A stretch of DNA of 64,000 nt from Oceanospirillaceae bacterium. Its GTDB lineage: Bacteria > Pseudomonadota > Gammaproteobacteria > Pseudomonadales > Oceanobacteraceae. This document shows, piece by piece, positions 1 to 8,573 of the stretch (position 1 is its first letter; each line of letters starts with the position of its first letter). Under the pieces are notes generated by a model that was not told where the DNA came from, ran no database searches, and was given only the letters and a program-made list of their open reading frames with translations. The translations under genes were made by a program, and so were the position numbers. The stretch spans positions 14,487 to 78,486 of the forward strand of contig PBQA01000003.1 of assembly GCA_002724925.1 (NCBI GenBank), given 5' to 3'.

Positions 1-975
1 GTAACGCATTGCTGTTCTTGTATCGCGCCAGCCAATCCATTCTTTCAGCTCAGCGACAGAAGCTCCAGAATCTATAATCCAGTTTGCGACTCCTCGACGC
101 ATACTATGGGTACTATACTCCTCTGGATCGACGCCGCCGGATTCCAAAAGTCCTTTGAAAAGCTTGTTGATCGAGTTTGGATGTATATGGGTTTCAGAAA
201 CATCTCCCCAACGACTAACTTTTGCAAACAGAGGCACTTCGCTTTCTCTAAAGGATTTAACATCGACACCGCTACACCTTGCTTCAATCCAGTCTCTGAT
301 GGCTCGCATAGGACATAGGTTTGGTAATGAATCCAGTTTCTTAGTCGTTCCCTGGCCATCTCTATCCGTTTTCGACTTTGGAAGAAATAACTCGAAATAT
401 GGGGTATCTCCATCCCAATGAAATTTGATGTCACAAGCACGGATGTTAATCAGTTCGTCGGAGCGCAATCCAAACCAGAACGCCGTTAGCAGCATGGCCT
501 TGTCTCTGATGGCTCTCAGCTTCTGGCTATTCTTTTCATCCTCAATGCTTTCCTGAACTTCATCCAGATGTGAACATACTTTTTCAATGACTCTTAACGG
601 TGCCGGTTTTGCCTGCTTAGGCCTTTTACCAAACTTCCGCCTTATTCCTCGCATTATTTTCCGAACAAGCTCCGAATCATTTGGATTATGCTCAAAACCG
701 TTTTCTTTGTGCCAGCGGCCAATGAGAACCCTGCGCTGTTCCAGAGTTGCTACACTCAGCTTACCAGCGTACATCACGAGGTAGTTCTTCAGATCTTCAT
801 CCGTGCATGGGAGCCGTCCCCCAAAGACCTTTGTGAAGTGTTTGACCGCATTCTCCAATGCTCTATTAGTATTGTCGTTCTCGGATGCGTCCAAAATCGT
901 TGCTTCTTTGGCAAGCAGGTCGAGTTCAGCAGACCTTCCCACGAAGGTGGGATCATCGTCCCTTCGATCAGTCAT
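1..975 (-). CDS. Cre-like tyrosine recombinase (TnpS-like), 3' end runs off the window
   Basis: Not in the ORF track. Manual minus-strand translation from ATG 975 is open to base 1 (MTDRRDDDPTF...). It has the catalytic motifs GLRSDEL (R), KSKTD (K), HSMRRG (HxxR), IGW and terminal AMRY (Y at bases 1-3). Confidence 0.9.
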   Translation of the reverse strand, partial: MTDRRDDDPTFVGRSAELDLLAKEATILDASENDNTNRALENAVKHFTKVFGGRLPCTDEDLKNYLVMYAGKLSVATLEQRRVLIGRWHKENGFEHNPNDSELVRKIMRGIRRKFGKRPKQAKPAPLRVIEKVCSHLDEVQESIEDEKNSQKLRAIRDKAMLLTAFWFGLRSDELINIRACDIKFHWDGDTPYFELFLPKSKTDRDGQGTTKKLDSLPNLCPMRAIRDWIEARCSGVDVKSFRESEVPLFAKVSRWGDVSETHIHPNSINKLFKGLLESGGVDPEEYSTHSMRRGVANWIIDSGASVAELKEWIGWRDTRTAMRY

Positions 976-977
976 CT

Positions 978-1505
978 TCACTGTTCCTTAACGTAGCTGT
1001 CTACGATCGACTGGATGCTTTCTGCGTTCATCACTGGAGACTCAGAGTGCGCCACTATCAACTCCAGAGGCGATTCTAGATTCGCTCTATCAATGATCAC
1101 CAGAATGTGTGGCTTCTTAGCCCCATCAGTAGAGAATGCTCTTTCAGAAAAGCTCTGCCACTCCGTCAAACCAGGCAGGGCTCTCAATGCAAGCTGCATT
1201 GTGTTGAGCTTATGGGTTTCATCAAATGGCATTTCCGGATCGGCTATAACATCCCAAGCCAGAACAAAATGCCCCCAATGAACAATCTCTACAGACCCTG
1301 GGGCAGGGATACTATCCTTGCTGCACCCAAAGAGAACTACACCTGACTCTTTGCTGTCGATCAGATAAAAGCAGATTTCTGAATCGATCGAGGAAACATC
1401 GCCATCAATATCCCAACCAGAGGCAGCAATCCTTTCCTTTAAGGCCTCTGCTTGTCGTTTCTTCTGGAGGTGAGCCGTAAAATCAATGACAATACTTTCA
1501 GCCAT
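978..1505 (-). CDS. Hypothetical protein (~175 aa), probable paralog of 2207-2767
   Basis: ORF with GGAGG RBS before ATG 1505; abuts the recombinase start. Confidence 0.75.
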   Translation of the reverse strand: MAESIVIDFTAHLQKKRQAEALKERIAASGWDIDGDVSSIDSEICFYLIDSKESGVVLFGCSKDSIPAPGSVEIVHWGHFVLAWDVIADPEMPFDETHKLNTMQLALRALPGLTEWQSFSERAFSTDGAKKPHILVIIDRANLESPLELIVAHSESPVMNAESIQSIVDSYVKEQ

Positions 1506-1515
1506 AACTCCTCCT

Positions 1516-1815
1516 TTAATCGCCTTTGCCAGAAAGAAGCTGCTCATAGAATTCCTGCTGGTTCGCAGTTAGGGCTCTGAAACCCGTAAACTTTCCATCT
1601 GCATGGCGTAACTCATCAAATCGTCCCATAGTGTCCTGATATACAATCCGTCGATTGGATAGATCATAGAGCTGAGCCAACGATTCAACCGTATAATCAG
1701 CGGCGTTAGTCACAGACGCAAAATCTGGATCATCATTATCTTTTATGAGAATGAACGTGTCGGTATCCAGGATGACTGAATAGGAAGAGGTCATTCTTTG
1801 TTTACCAATAGCCAT
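1516..1815 (-). CDS. Small hypothetical protein (99 aa)
   Basis: AGGAGAGG RBS; tightly packed in a minus-strand operon; contains SVTNAA...RRIVYQDTMGRFDEL...GKFTGF. Confidence 0.75.
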   Translation of the reverse strand: MAIGKQRMTSSYSVILDTDTFILIKDNDDPDFASVTNAADYTVESLAQLYDLSNRRIVYQDTMGRFDELRHADGKFTGFRALTANQQEFYEQLLSGKGD

Positions 1816-1824
1816 GTACCTCTC

Positions 1825-2205
1825 CTAGTGGAAATCCATTGAAACATTAAGCACGTTGAAATCCCACGAGCCATAGTAAGTACGTGCAGCGAAGAAATGC
1901 CTACGCTTTTCCATATCCGAAAAGTGTTTGAGCTGCGGTTGAGGCTCAAAGATATGATCAATGCTTTTCACCTGATCAAGAACCAACAGCCCCATTTGAA
2001 CAGCTTGGAAAATCACCTGGAACATCTCATCAGCTATTTCCGAAGATTGCCCGAACAGAATCAGATCTGGCGAACCAATATTTTTCATTCCGACCGTGTA
2101 GCTGTAGCCTTTCTCGTGCATAACATACAGGCCGTTCTTCAACAGTGCGCGGTGTATCACTTGGTTATGGCTTTGGATGCCATTCTCAAAAATCTTCAAT
2201 TCCAT
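1825..2205 (-). CDS. DUF4262-like hypothetical protein
   Basis: YSYTVGM...PDLILFG resembles the DUF4262 motif; operon packing. Confidence 0.6.
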   Translation of the reverse strand: MELKIFENGIQSHNQVIHRALLKNGLYVMHEKGYSYTVGMKNIGSPDLILFGQSSEIADEMFQVIFQAVQMGLLVLDQVKSIDHIFEPQPQLKHFSDMEKRRHFFAARTYYGSWDFNVLNVSMDFH

Positions 2206-2206
2206 G

Positions 2207-2767
2207 TTACCTCCGAAACGGGACGACAGGGCTTGAATTAAAATAGCTCGGGTTAGCTAATTCATCCCTCGCGATCACAGACTGCGCATATTGCTTAATA
2301 AGCTCAGCTTCTAGGATTGGCTCCTGGCTAACTAAGCCAAAAGGGCGGAGAGTGCATTCATTCGTATGACGGTTCCGGTAGAGCAGGATAATGAAATGCC
2401 GGTGGCCATCTTTTTCGTTGGCGCACAGTGTTTGATAGCTGGTCGTATTGACCATATAGATACCAATCAGCACGCCCAGCTCTTCAACCCGCTTCCGGAT
2501 TCCTCCACCAGAGGCGTTCACATACCGCTTGAACTGTTGATCAACGGCACCACAAACCGCCTCAATTGGCTCCTTTATCTGTTTGAGCCTAACTAGATCC
2601 TGTTCAGTAAAACCTGCCAATGCGATTTGCTCGCTATCGAAGGGGTCATATACATACGCATTTACCGCTATATCTGAGTTCGCGTGAAAGCCCTCCATAT
2701 TCCAGGACTTGCTGCTCAACATTTTCTTGAGCTTCTTTTTGGCCTTATGCGCCTGAATGTCATCCAT
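2207..2767 (-). CDS. Hypothetical protein (~186 aa), probable paralog of 978-1505
   Basis: ORF 2207-2779; ATG 2767 has a GGAG RBS and is the more likely start. Confidence 0.75.
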   Translation of the reverse strand: MDDIQAHKAKKKLKKMLSSKSWNMEGFHANSDIAVNAYVYDPFDSEQIALAGFTEQDLVRLKQIKEPIEAVCGAVDQQFKRYVNASGGGIRKRVEELGVLIGIYMVNTTSYQTLCANEKDGHRHFIILLYRNRHTNECTLRPFGLVSQEPILEAELIKQYAQSVIARDELANPSYFNSSPVVPFRR

Positions 2768-2987
2768 AGTTATCTCCAATTACTGGGTTCTCTATCCAAC
2801 GTACACCAGGTCTTCCAACCAGCAACCCCAATCAAAAACGTAGGTTTTCGTCCAGATGCCTCCGCAGGCCTTCACCTGACCGATATTTTGAAAGCGGCCA
2901 AAAATCGTGATTTTTCAAAATTGGCGAACTTTACCACCCTATCCTATCCCAAATTTTAATCTAAGGCTAGATAATGTTCTATTATCA

Positions 2988-3066
2988 CGCCTTATATATT
3001 ACATATAAACGTATGCTTTTCGTCCTATTTCTTTATATGTTTCTTGTCACTCGAAATATATAAAGC
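2988..3066. promoter_or_regulatory. AT-rich nested inverted repeats, candidate res/recombination site or divergent promoter
   Basis: ACATATAAA (3001-3009) pairs with TTTATATGT (3032-3040), flanked by CTTATATATT and AATATATAAAG. Lies between the recombinase operon and the tnpT-like gene. Confidence 0.4.
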
Positions 3067-3093
3067 TATTATACTGGAAGACTAAGACTGCAT

Positions 3094-3105
3094 CCCCCCC
3101 CCCCC
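3094..3105 (+). repeat. C12 homopolymer directly upstream of an RBS
   Basis: 12 consecutive C followed by GAGGAG and ATG 3118. Confidence 0.9.
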
Positions 3106-3117
3106 GAGGAGAGACAA

Positions 3118-4119
3118 ATGGCTAGACCGCCAGTTATTGGATACGAGGACGTCGAAGAAGCTGTGCGAATGCTTCAGGACAAGGGGAAGCCAATCAACCC
3201 TTACCAGGTAAGATCGGTACTCGGGAAAGGCTCCGAGGCCAAAATCCTTTATTATCTGAAAGGTATGGGGCTGGACATCGAATACCAGGACGAAGATCCG
3301 CTGACAAAGCGAATCGTTAACTTGGTGCGCCCGGTGGTAGTCGAGTTGAATGAGCAGTACGAAGAACAGATCCGAAAGGAAAAAGCTGGCCTGATTGAAG
3401 AGCTGTCCTCTGAAAGAGAACGAGTTAAGTCATATAGAGACCAATTGGCCGATATGAGCTCCAAACTGAAAGATGAGACCAGTCGCGCAGACTCCAGTTT
3501 AAAAAAAATCGAACAGCTTCAAACTGAACTTAACGCTGAGCGCAAGGCTTTGGCAGAGCAGAAGCAACGCACATTGTCCCTGGAAGAAAAACTAGATAGC
3601 ACGAATACCTCATTGAAAGATACCAAGCTACACCTGGAGTCCACTAAGGCTGAGCACAAGGAGTTAGTGGTTCTGCTCAAAGATGAACACGCTCGAACCC
3701 TCCAGGGCTACAAGGAAGCGCTTGAGCAATCCAATCGATCCGCAGACCGAATGAAGACCCAATTGGAAGAGACAACCACAGTCGTCAGTAAACAGGGATT
3801 GGAACTTACGGCCCTTAAAGAACGTCTCGCCGAAACAAGCCAAAAAGAGCAATCCTTCATTGTCCAGATAGAACAAAAGGATCGCCTAATCTCTGAGCAT
3901 TCATCAAAGTTAGTCGATTTGTCCTCAGAACTCGAAAAGCTTTCAACAGAGATACAGGGACACCTCAAAACGATAGCCACGCTGCGAGAGTCTGACGAGG
4001 AAAATATAAAGCTAAAATCTGAGAACGCTGCGCTCGTAAAAGCAAACGACAAGCTCTCTACCGAGCTTGATGTGCTAAAAGTGGTAATCGACAAGCTTTC
4101 CCCCCAGGCAGGAGGATAA
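3118..4119 (+). CDS. KfrA-N DNA-binding domain plus long coiled coil (KfrA/TnpT-like)
   Basis: N-terminus (YEDVEEAVRMLQDKGKPINPYQVRSVLGKGS) is KfrA_N-like, followed by ~250 aa of coiled coil; divergent from a Cre-like recombinase as in tnpS/tnpT. Confidence 0.75.
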   Translation: MARPPVIGYEDVEEAVRMLQDKGKPINPYQVRSVLGKGSEAKILYYLKGMGLDIEYQDEDPLTKRIVNLVRPVVVELNEQYEEQIRKEKAGLIEELSSERERVKSYRDQLADMSSKLKDETSRADSSLKKIEQLQTELNAERKALAEQKQRTLSLEEKLDSTNTSLKDTKLHLESTKAEHKELVVLLKDEHARTLQGYKEALEQSNRSADRMKTQLEETTTVVSKQGLELTALKERLAETSQKEQSFIVQIEQKDRLISEHSSKLVDLSSELEKLSTEIQGHLKTIATLRESDEENIKLKSENAALVKANDKLSTELDVLKVVIDKLSPQAGG

Positions 4120-4156
4120 GGACAAGAAACCGGGATAAAGAGCCAATACAATTAAA

Positions 4157-4882
4157 TTAAACGTCTATCCACTCTGGCGAAGACACGACTCCATTTGACA
4201 TTACTGCCAACCAAGGTTGAGCGATTGTCTTTCCTGGCTCTGAATGTCGATCAACCTCATGCCCATATAATGCATCATAACCAAGACGCTTAGCTGATAC
4301 GCATATCAACTCAATTAATCCTCTGGCGCTGTTATGTCCTACAACAGAATACGCTGCATCGAATGGTAGCCCAGTATGAGCTGCCAAATCAGAAGCCATC
4401 TCATCTAAATGTGCAGACATCGCTGGATCGTTGTACGCGACCCTCAACACATTTCCTGTTAACCACCCTTCATGCCAGTAGTCATGATTCACATTAAATG
4501 TCCTTGATGCCATCGGATTGCGCATTACCTCTCGACGCAGGTTCTCAGAGGCTGCGTAATCAGCAACCGTATCTAATAGCCTGGCGTTGGATGATAGAGA
4601 TACCCTGGCCAATCTGGCTCCAGCTTCTTTTGCGAAGTCACGATTGATAGTAAAAAAAATGGCGGTATGCTGTACGAGTAAATCTTCACCTGGTTTCTTG
4701 GGAGGGGGAAGTTTCCAAGCATTAAAGCTCTGGTCGGTTCCGTGGTACCAACATGGCTTATCCAAAGCGTCCGATAACTCAGATGAAATTATGGCCTCGT
4801 CCTTCGTGAGTTGATTCAAACAACACTTTTTGTATTTATCGCCACTTCCGCAAGGGCATGGTTCGTTTCTATTACTGCCCAA
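4157..4882 (-). CDS. SEC-C motif protein with a putative ADP-ribosyltransferase-fold domain
   Basis: RNEPCPCGSGDKYKKCC is SEC-C; downstream WYHGT...AIFFT...GYDAL resembles the ART fold. Confidence 0.7.
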   Translation of the reverse strand: MGSNRNEPCPCGSGDKYKKCCLNQLTKDEAIISSELSDALDKPCWYHGTDQSFNAWKLPPPKKPGEDLLVQHTAIFFTINRDFAKEAGARLARVSLSSNARLLDTVADYAASENLRREVMRNPMASRTFNVNHDYWHEGWLTGNVLRVAYNDPAMSAHLDEMASDLAAHTGLPFDAAYSVVGHNSARGLIELICVSAKRLGYDALYGHEVDRHSEPGKTIAQPWLAVMSNGVVSSPEWIDV

Positions 4883-4896
4883 GACTACCTCTCAAA

Positions 4897-6867
4897 TTAA
4901 CTCACAGATCTTAATGAGATTGCCCGAATCATATTTCTAATATCAGTAGACGTTATCCCCTTGCTCATTACCTTGTCTGCCATAGACAACATTTCGCGCT
5001 TTACTGTCTCAGGGATGTTCGCGTCAGCAGTTATCACAATCTTGGTAGCCTCTTTGCATTCGTGTTCGTTGTCGCGAAGAAAACGAAGAAACTGCAATCC
5101 ATCCATACCAGGCATATGGTAGTCGATCAAAAGCAGGTCGAATTCAAAATCCTCGACATGCCTTATCGCATCGGATGAGCTTGAGCAAAAGGTGACTTGA
5201 ACATCTTTTCTCCGAAGAAACTCCGGTGATAGAAGCTCTTCCATTTGGCTAAGATACTGTGCGTCGTTGTCAATCACTAATACTTTTAATCCATCTTCGA
5301 CAACGTTATGCACATAGGATGAACTGAACCCTAAACCGTTACCTACGGACACTACCTCACTTCTACTTTCGATGGCAGTTTCGTTCTCGATGGCGATTAG
5401 TTCAGATTTACAATCGGCAGGAATGCGAATGGATACTTTAGTTCCAAAGTCTTTCTTACTTTCAATCTCAATTGTTCCACCAAGGAAATCTGCGAATTTG
5501 TGCATCGTGGCCATTCCGATACCCCAACCATCTCGTTTGCGCTTGATGTGATTCTGCAATTGATTTGGTCGAGCTGTTAAGGCCTCAATGTCTTTTTCTG
5601 TCAACCCAACACCACTATCATGAACAGTAACGAGAAGGGCTTTATCTTCTACCTTGTACGATACTTTAACGAATCCCCTATTGGTATATTTCACTGCATT
5701 ATCAATAGCATTTGAGACGATGATCGATACTAGGTCATAATCAATGTAAACCTGATCACGCATGTCGCCCAAAGCAAAGCAATTCCAAGATACGGCCTGC
5801 TTAGCTTTACACTTTACTGAAAACTGCTTATCGAGATCAGAGAATAATTTTCTGACATCTACCCAATCATCATTTCTGGTTAGCGATCCGTTTTCGAGTG
5901 CGGACAAACAAAGTATTGAAGTAATGTGTCGATCAAGGGCATCAATATCAGAGAAACATTTTTTAAGCGTTGACAAAACACCAGCATGACGCTTTTCAGA
6001 GTTGTGATGAATAGCTATATCAAGAAAAGTCTTAATACTTCCAATTGGGGTTCTGAGTTCGTGTGCAGCGATCTGCAATATGTTGTGTTTTAGCTCATAG
6101 ATTTGTTCTTGATGTTCAATATCACTCCAATTTCTTTCCAACTCTTTGGAAATCGTATTGAAGGATTCAGCAAATTGTGAGATTTCCCTAATTGTAGAAT
6201 CTTCTGATAATCGTATTCCTCTTTCACCTCCAGCCAGTCGATTAGCTGAGACTACCATGTTAGAGAAATTCCTGGTGATGGATCGGAGAACGAAAAAAAA
6301 GATAATGACGGTTATGACGCCAAATAAAAATGAAAATAGCAGGGATTTCAAAATGGGAGAGAGCGCTGCATTGGCACCGAAAATATCAGTGTACGAAATT
6401 AATAATGTCCCCACATGCTTTTCGTCAGGAAGGTCACTATCTTCATTCAAAAGATCATTTTCGATTACCGACTTAGTTATTGACGACGCTGAGTAGATCG
6501 GTAATTCTTTTGAACTAAGATCAGAAACCTCTACACCATCATATCCACCGCTTTTTACAAAGGCGATAATGGTATTATCCTGATCAAGAACAGTAATACT
6601 GTAGATAAAGCTGTAATCTTTCAGATCATCAAGAGTAGCGTCAATGATTTCTTTGTTACCAGCTTCAATTGCATAGGCAAGGATATTTGTTGAATGGAGC
6701 TCGGTAATGCCCTTGATATTTTTAAGCTCTAAATCAACAAGATTTTCATTTTGATGGTGTATGGTAAAAATAATCGGCGCGTAAATGACGATAGAAATTA
6801 GTACCACTGATGCGCAAAGTAACGTCTTATAGGAAATCCTTTTCTTACTGCTCATGTATTTCTCCAT
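4897..6867 (-). CDS. Hybrid sensor histidine kinase (TM-HAMP-HisKA-HATPase-REC)
   Basis: Two TM segments, H-box AHELRTP, N-box DNAVKYT, G1 HDSGVG, G2 GWGIG, receiver [10 protein letters not shown]. Confidence 0.93.
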   Translation of the reverse strand: MEKYMSSKKRISYKTLLCASVVLISIVIYAPIIFTIHHQNENLVDLELKNIKGITELHSTNILAYAIEAGNKEIIDATLDDLKDYSFIYSITVLDQDNTIIAFVKSGGYDGVEVSDLSSKELPIYSASSITKSVIENDLLNEDSDLPDEKHVGTLLISYTDIFGANAALSPILKSLLFSFLFGVITVIIFFFVLRSITRNFSNMVVSANRLAGGERGIRLSEDSTIREISQFAESFNTISKELERNWSDIEHQEQIYELKHNILQIAAHELRTPIGSIKTFLDIAIHHNSEKRHAGVLSTLKKCFSDIDALDRHITSILCLSALENGSLTRNDDWVDVRKLFSDLDKQFSVKCKAKQAVSWNCFALGDMRDQVYIDYDLVSIIVSNAIDNAVKYTNRGFVKVSYKVEDKALLVTVHDSGVGLTEKDIEALTARPNQLQNHIKRKRDGWGIGMATMHKFADFLGGTIEIESKKDFGTKVSIRIPADCKSELIAIENETAIESRSEVVSVGNGLGFSSSYVHNVVEDGLKVLVIDNDAQYLSQMEELLSPEFLRRKDVQVTFCSSSSDAIRHVEDFEFDLLLIDYHMPGMDGLQFLRFLRDNEHECKEATKIVITADANIPETVKREMLSMADKVMSKGITSTDIRNMIRAISLRSVS

Positions 6868-7744
6868 ACTTCATGAGATTTCTCAAATCCAACTGAAACG
6901 CCTCTGCTAATTTTGAATTAACAACTACCTTGGCCTTAGTTGGTATCGAGGTCGTAGTAGACAACTCTCCCGTTTCATAAAATGAGTGAATTCTGTTTAC
7001 AATTTCCGACAAGACAAGATCCTTGTCGAAGTAGGCGGCGACGACGCATCCTACTCCCCCTTCAACCAATCTCGGCGTATACGCGATCGCAGGAACTTTG
7101 AGTTGATAGAGTGAATAGAACATCGCCTTCAGCGAGTGCGGATCATAAATTATACTGGACGGTATAACAATGAATGCATCCAGATTGTTGTCCTCTACGA
7201 ATCGAGCGATGAGCTGAGCCGGATTCTCAGTCTCATTCAACTCCTTCTGGACCAAGGAAAAACCACCAATTTTATCAGGCGAAACGCGCCGAAATAGGTA
7301 ATATGTCTCGCTATCAACAAAAACTCCGATACGAGGATCTCGCTCGGGATACACTTGCTTGATAAGCTTGATGTGTATTGAGGGGTTAATATCGTTGAAT
7401 ACTGCCGACCGTAAGGGGCCAGCACGGTATTCAGATCGTGGAATAAAACCACTTAAAACGGGAATGTGTCTGAAGCGCTCGTCCTGGTTGACTGCTTGGG
7501 TAGCCTCAGCCCCAATAGTGACTACCAATTCATAGTCATCGAGTGATGGCGGTAAATGAGTATACAGCCTCATCTGCCCTGCACTTCCAGGTGCAGCCTG
7601 GATTATGGAATGAGCAAGACTGGCATATTGATCAGAATGTTCAGGGACAACAACCATGACTTCTGCACAAGCCAATCTTGCGAGGGCATTTAGAGCGCAA
7701 CCAAACAGAAGTCCGCCGAAATTCCCTTGTGGAAACCGGCGCAT
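6845..7744 (-). CDS. Periplasmic ABC-type substrate-binding-like protein
   Basis: Signal peptide; VVTIGAEA and C-terminal [13 protein letters not shown] match the ABC_sub_bind type; overlaps the kinase start; no permease or ATPase nearby. Confidence 0.75.
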   Translation of the reverse strand: MRRFPQGNFGGLLFGCALNALARLACAEVMVVVPEHSDQYASLAHSIIQAAPGSAGQMRLYTHLPPSLDDYELVVTIGAEATQAVNQDERFRHIPVLSGFIPRSEYRAGPLRSAVFNDINPSIHIKLIKQVYPERDPRIGVFVDSETYYLFRRVSPDKIGGFSLVQKELNETENPAQLIARFVEDNNLDAFIVIPSSIIYDPHSLKAMFYSLYQLKVPAIAYTPRLVEGGVGCVVAAYFDKDLVLSEIVNRIHSFYETGELSTTTSIPTKAKVVVNSKLAEAFQLDLRNLMKYGEIHEQ

Positions 7745-7745
7745 A

Positions 7746-8354
7746 TCATTTTTTCTTTTTATTCAGAAGTTCGGACAACTCTGCCTTGATCGCCATACGC
7801 AAATAATCAGATGGGCAGTCCGTTTTAAATGGATCAGAGTAGTCTTGTGCGAATTGGGCAACTTTATCCTTCAGCTTGACGAGATCTTTACTGGACAACG
7901 ATTTAAAATGCTCGCCTGTCTCCTCAGTAACAAGCGACATGATAACAAACTGTAGTTTTTCCTCGTTGTCTTTTGCTTCCTGTTGGAGATCTGTAATTGA
8001 CGGAGCCGGTTCGCCAGATTCGTTGACGAATGGATAAAAACCTCCAACTTTCCACCAGGTCTTTATCTGAGAGATGTCGTGGCGAAATCTGTACTCAAAC
8101 TGAAGCGCTTGGATAGCAGCATCAATCTTCCGCATCGGTGGAGAGTGCTCCTGAAACCACGAACGAACGGTTGTGTATTTCAGATCAGCAAAAACTCTTG
8201 GGGATTTGTCAGCGAGATAATTCTGGAATTCGGCTACCCTACCCCGTCCTTGCTTGAAGCCTATTTGGTCCAGAATGTGATTAAGTCTGTCGCCTGGTAG
8301 TTCAAAGGCTTCAAGTTCAGTGTTTCGGTTAGTGTTCATTGTTCGCGCTATCAC
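7746..8354 (-). CDS. Putative XRE/CI-like HTH DNA-binding protein
   Basis: DRLNHILDQIGFKQGRGR...YTTVRSWF...PP resembles CI-like HTH N-termini; first gene of the operon. Confidence 0.5.
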   Translation of the reverse strand: MIARTMNTNRNTELEAFELPGDRLNHILDQIGFKQGRGRVAEFQNYLADKSPRVFADLKYTTVRSWFQEHSPPMRKIDAAIQALQFEYRFRHDISQIKTWWKVGGFYPFVNESGEPAPSITDLQQEAKDNEEKLQFVIMSLVTEETGEHFKSLSSKDLVKLKDKVAQFAQDYSDPFKTDCPSDYLRMAIKAELSELLNKKKK

Positions 8355-8573
8355 CTTTTTGGGGCGAGTCTCCTATATTGCAGCATGGACAGCCACAAAT
8401 AGGGGCTCAGGCGACGAAATTCCTATTTACGGCACAATTTATTGTAGTTGTTGCCTCTTTTCGGGGCCAAAGTGCAATAAAAATCATAGAATCAAATATA
8501 CTCATTTTGATAGCTCAAGTCCATGATGGACATCCAAAATGGCCGATCTATGGCTATCCTTCCTTCGGGTCCG

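Noticed and set aside
72-996. Short ORFs listed in the track on both strands
   Set aside because: They are shadows of the uncalled minus-strand recombinase at 1-975.
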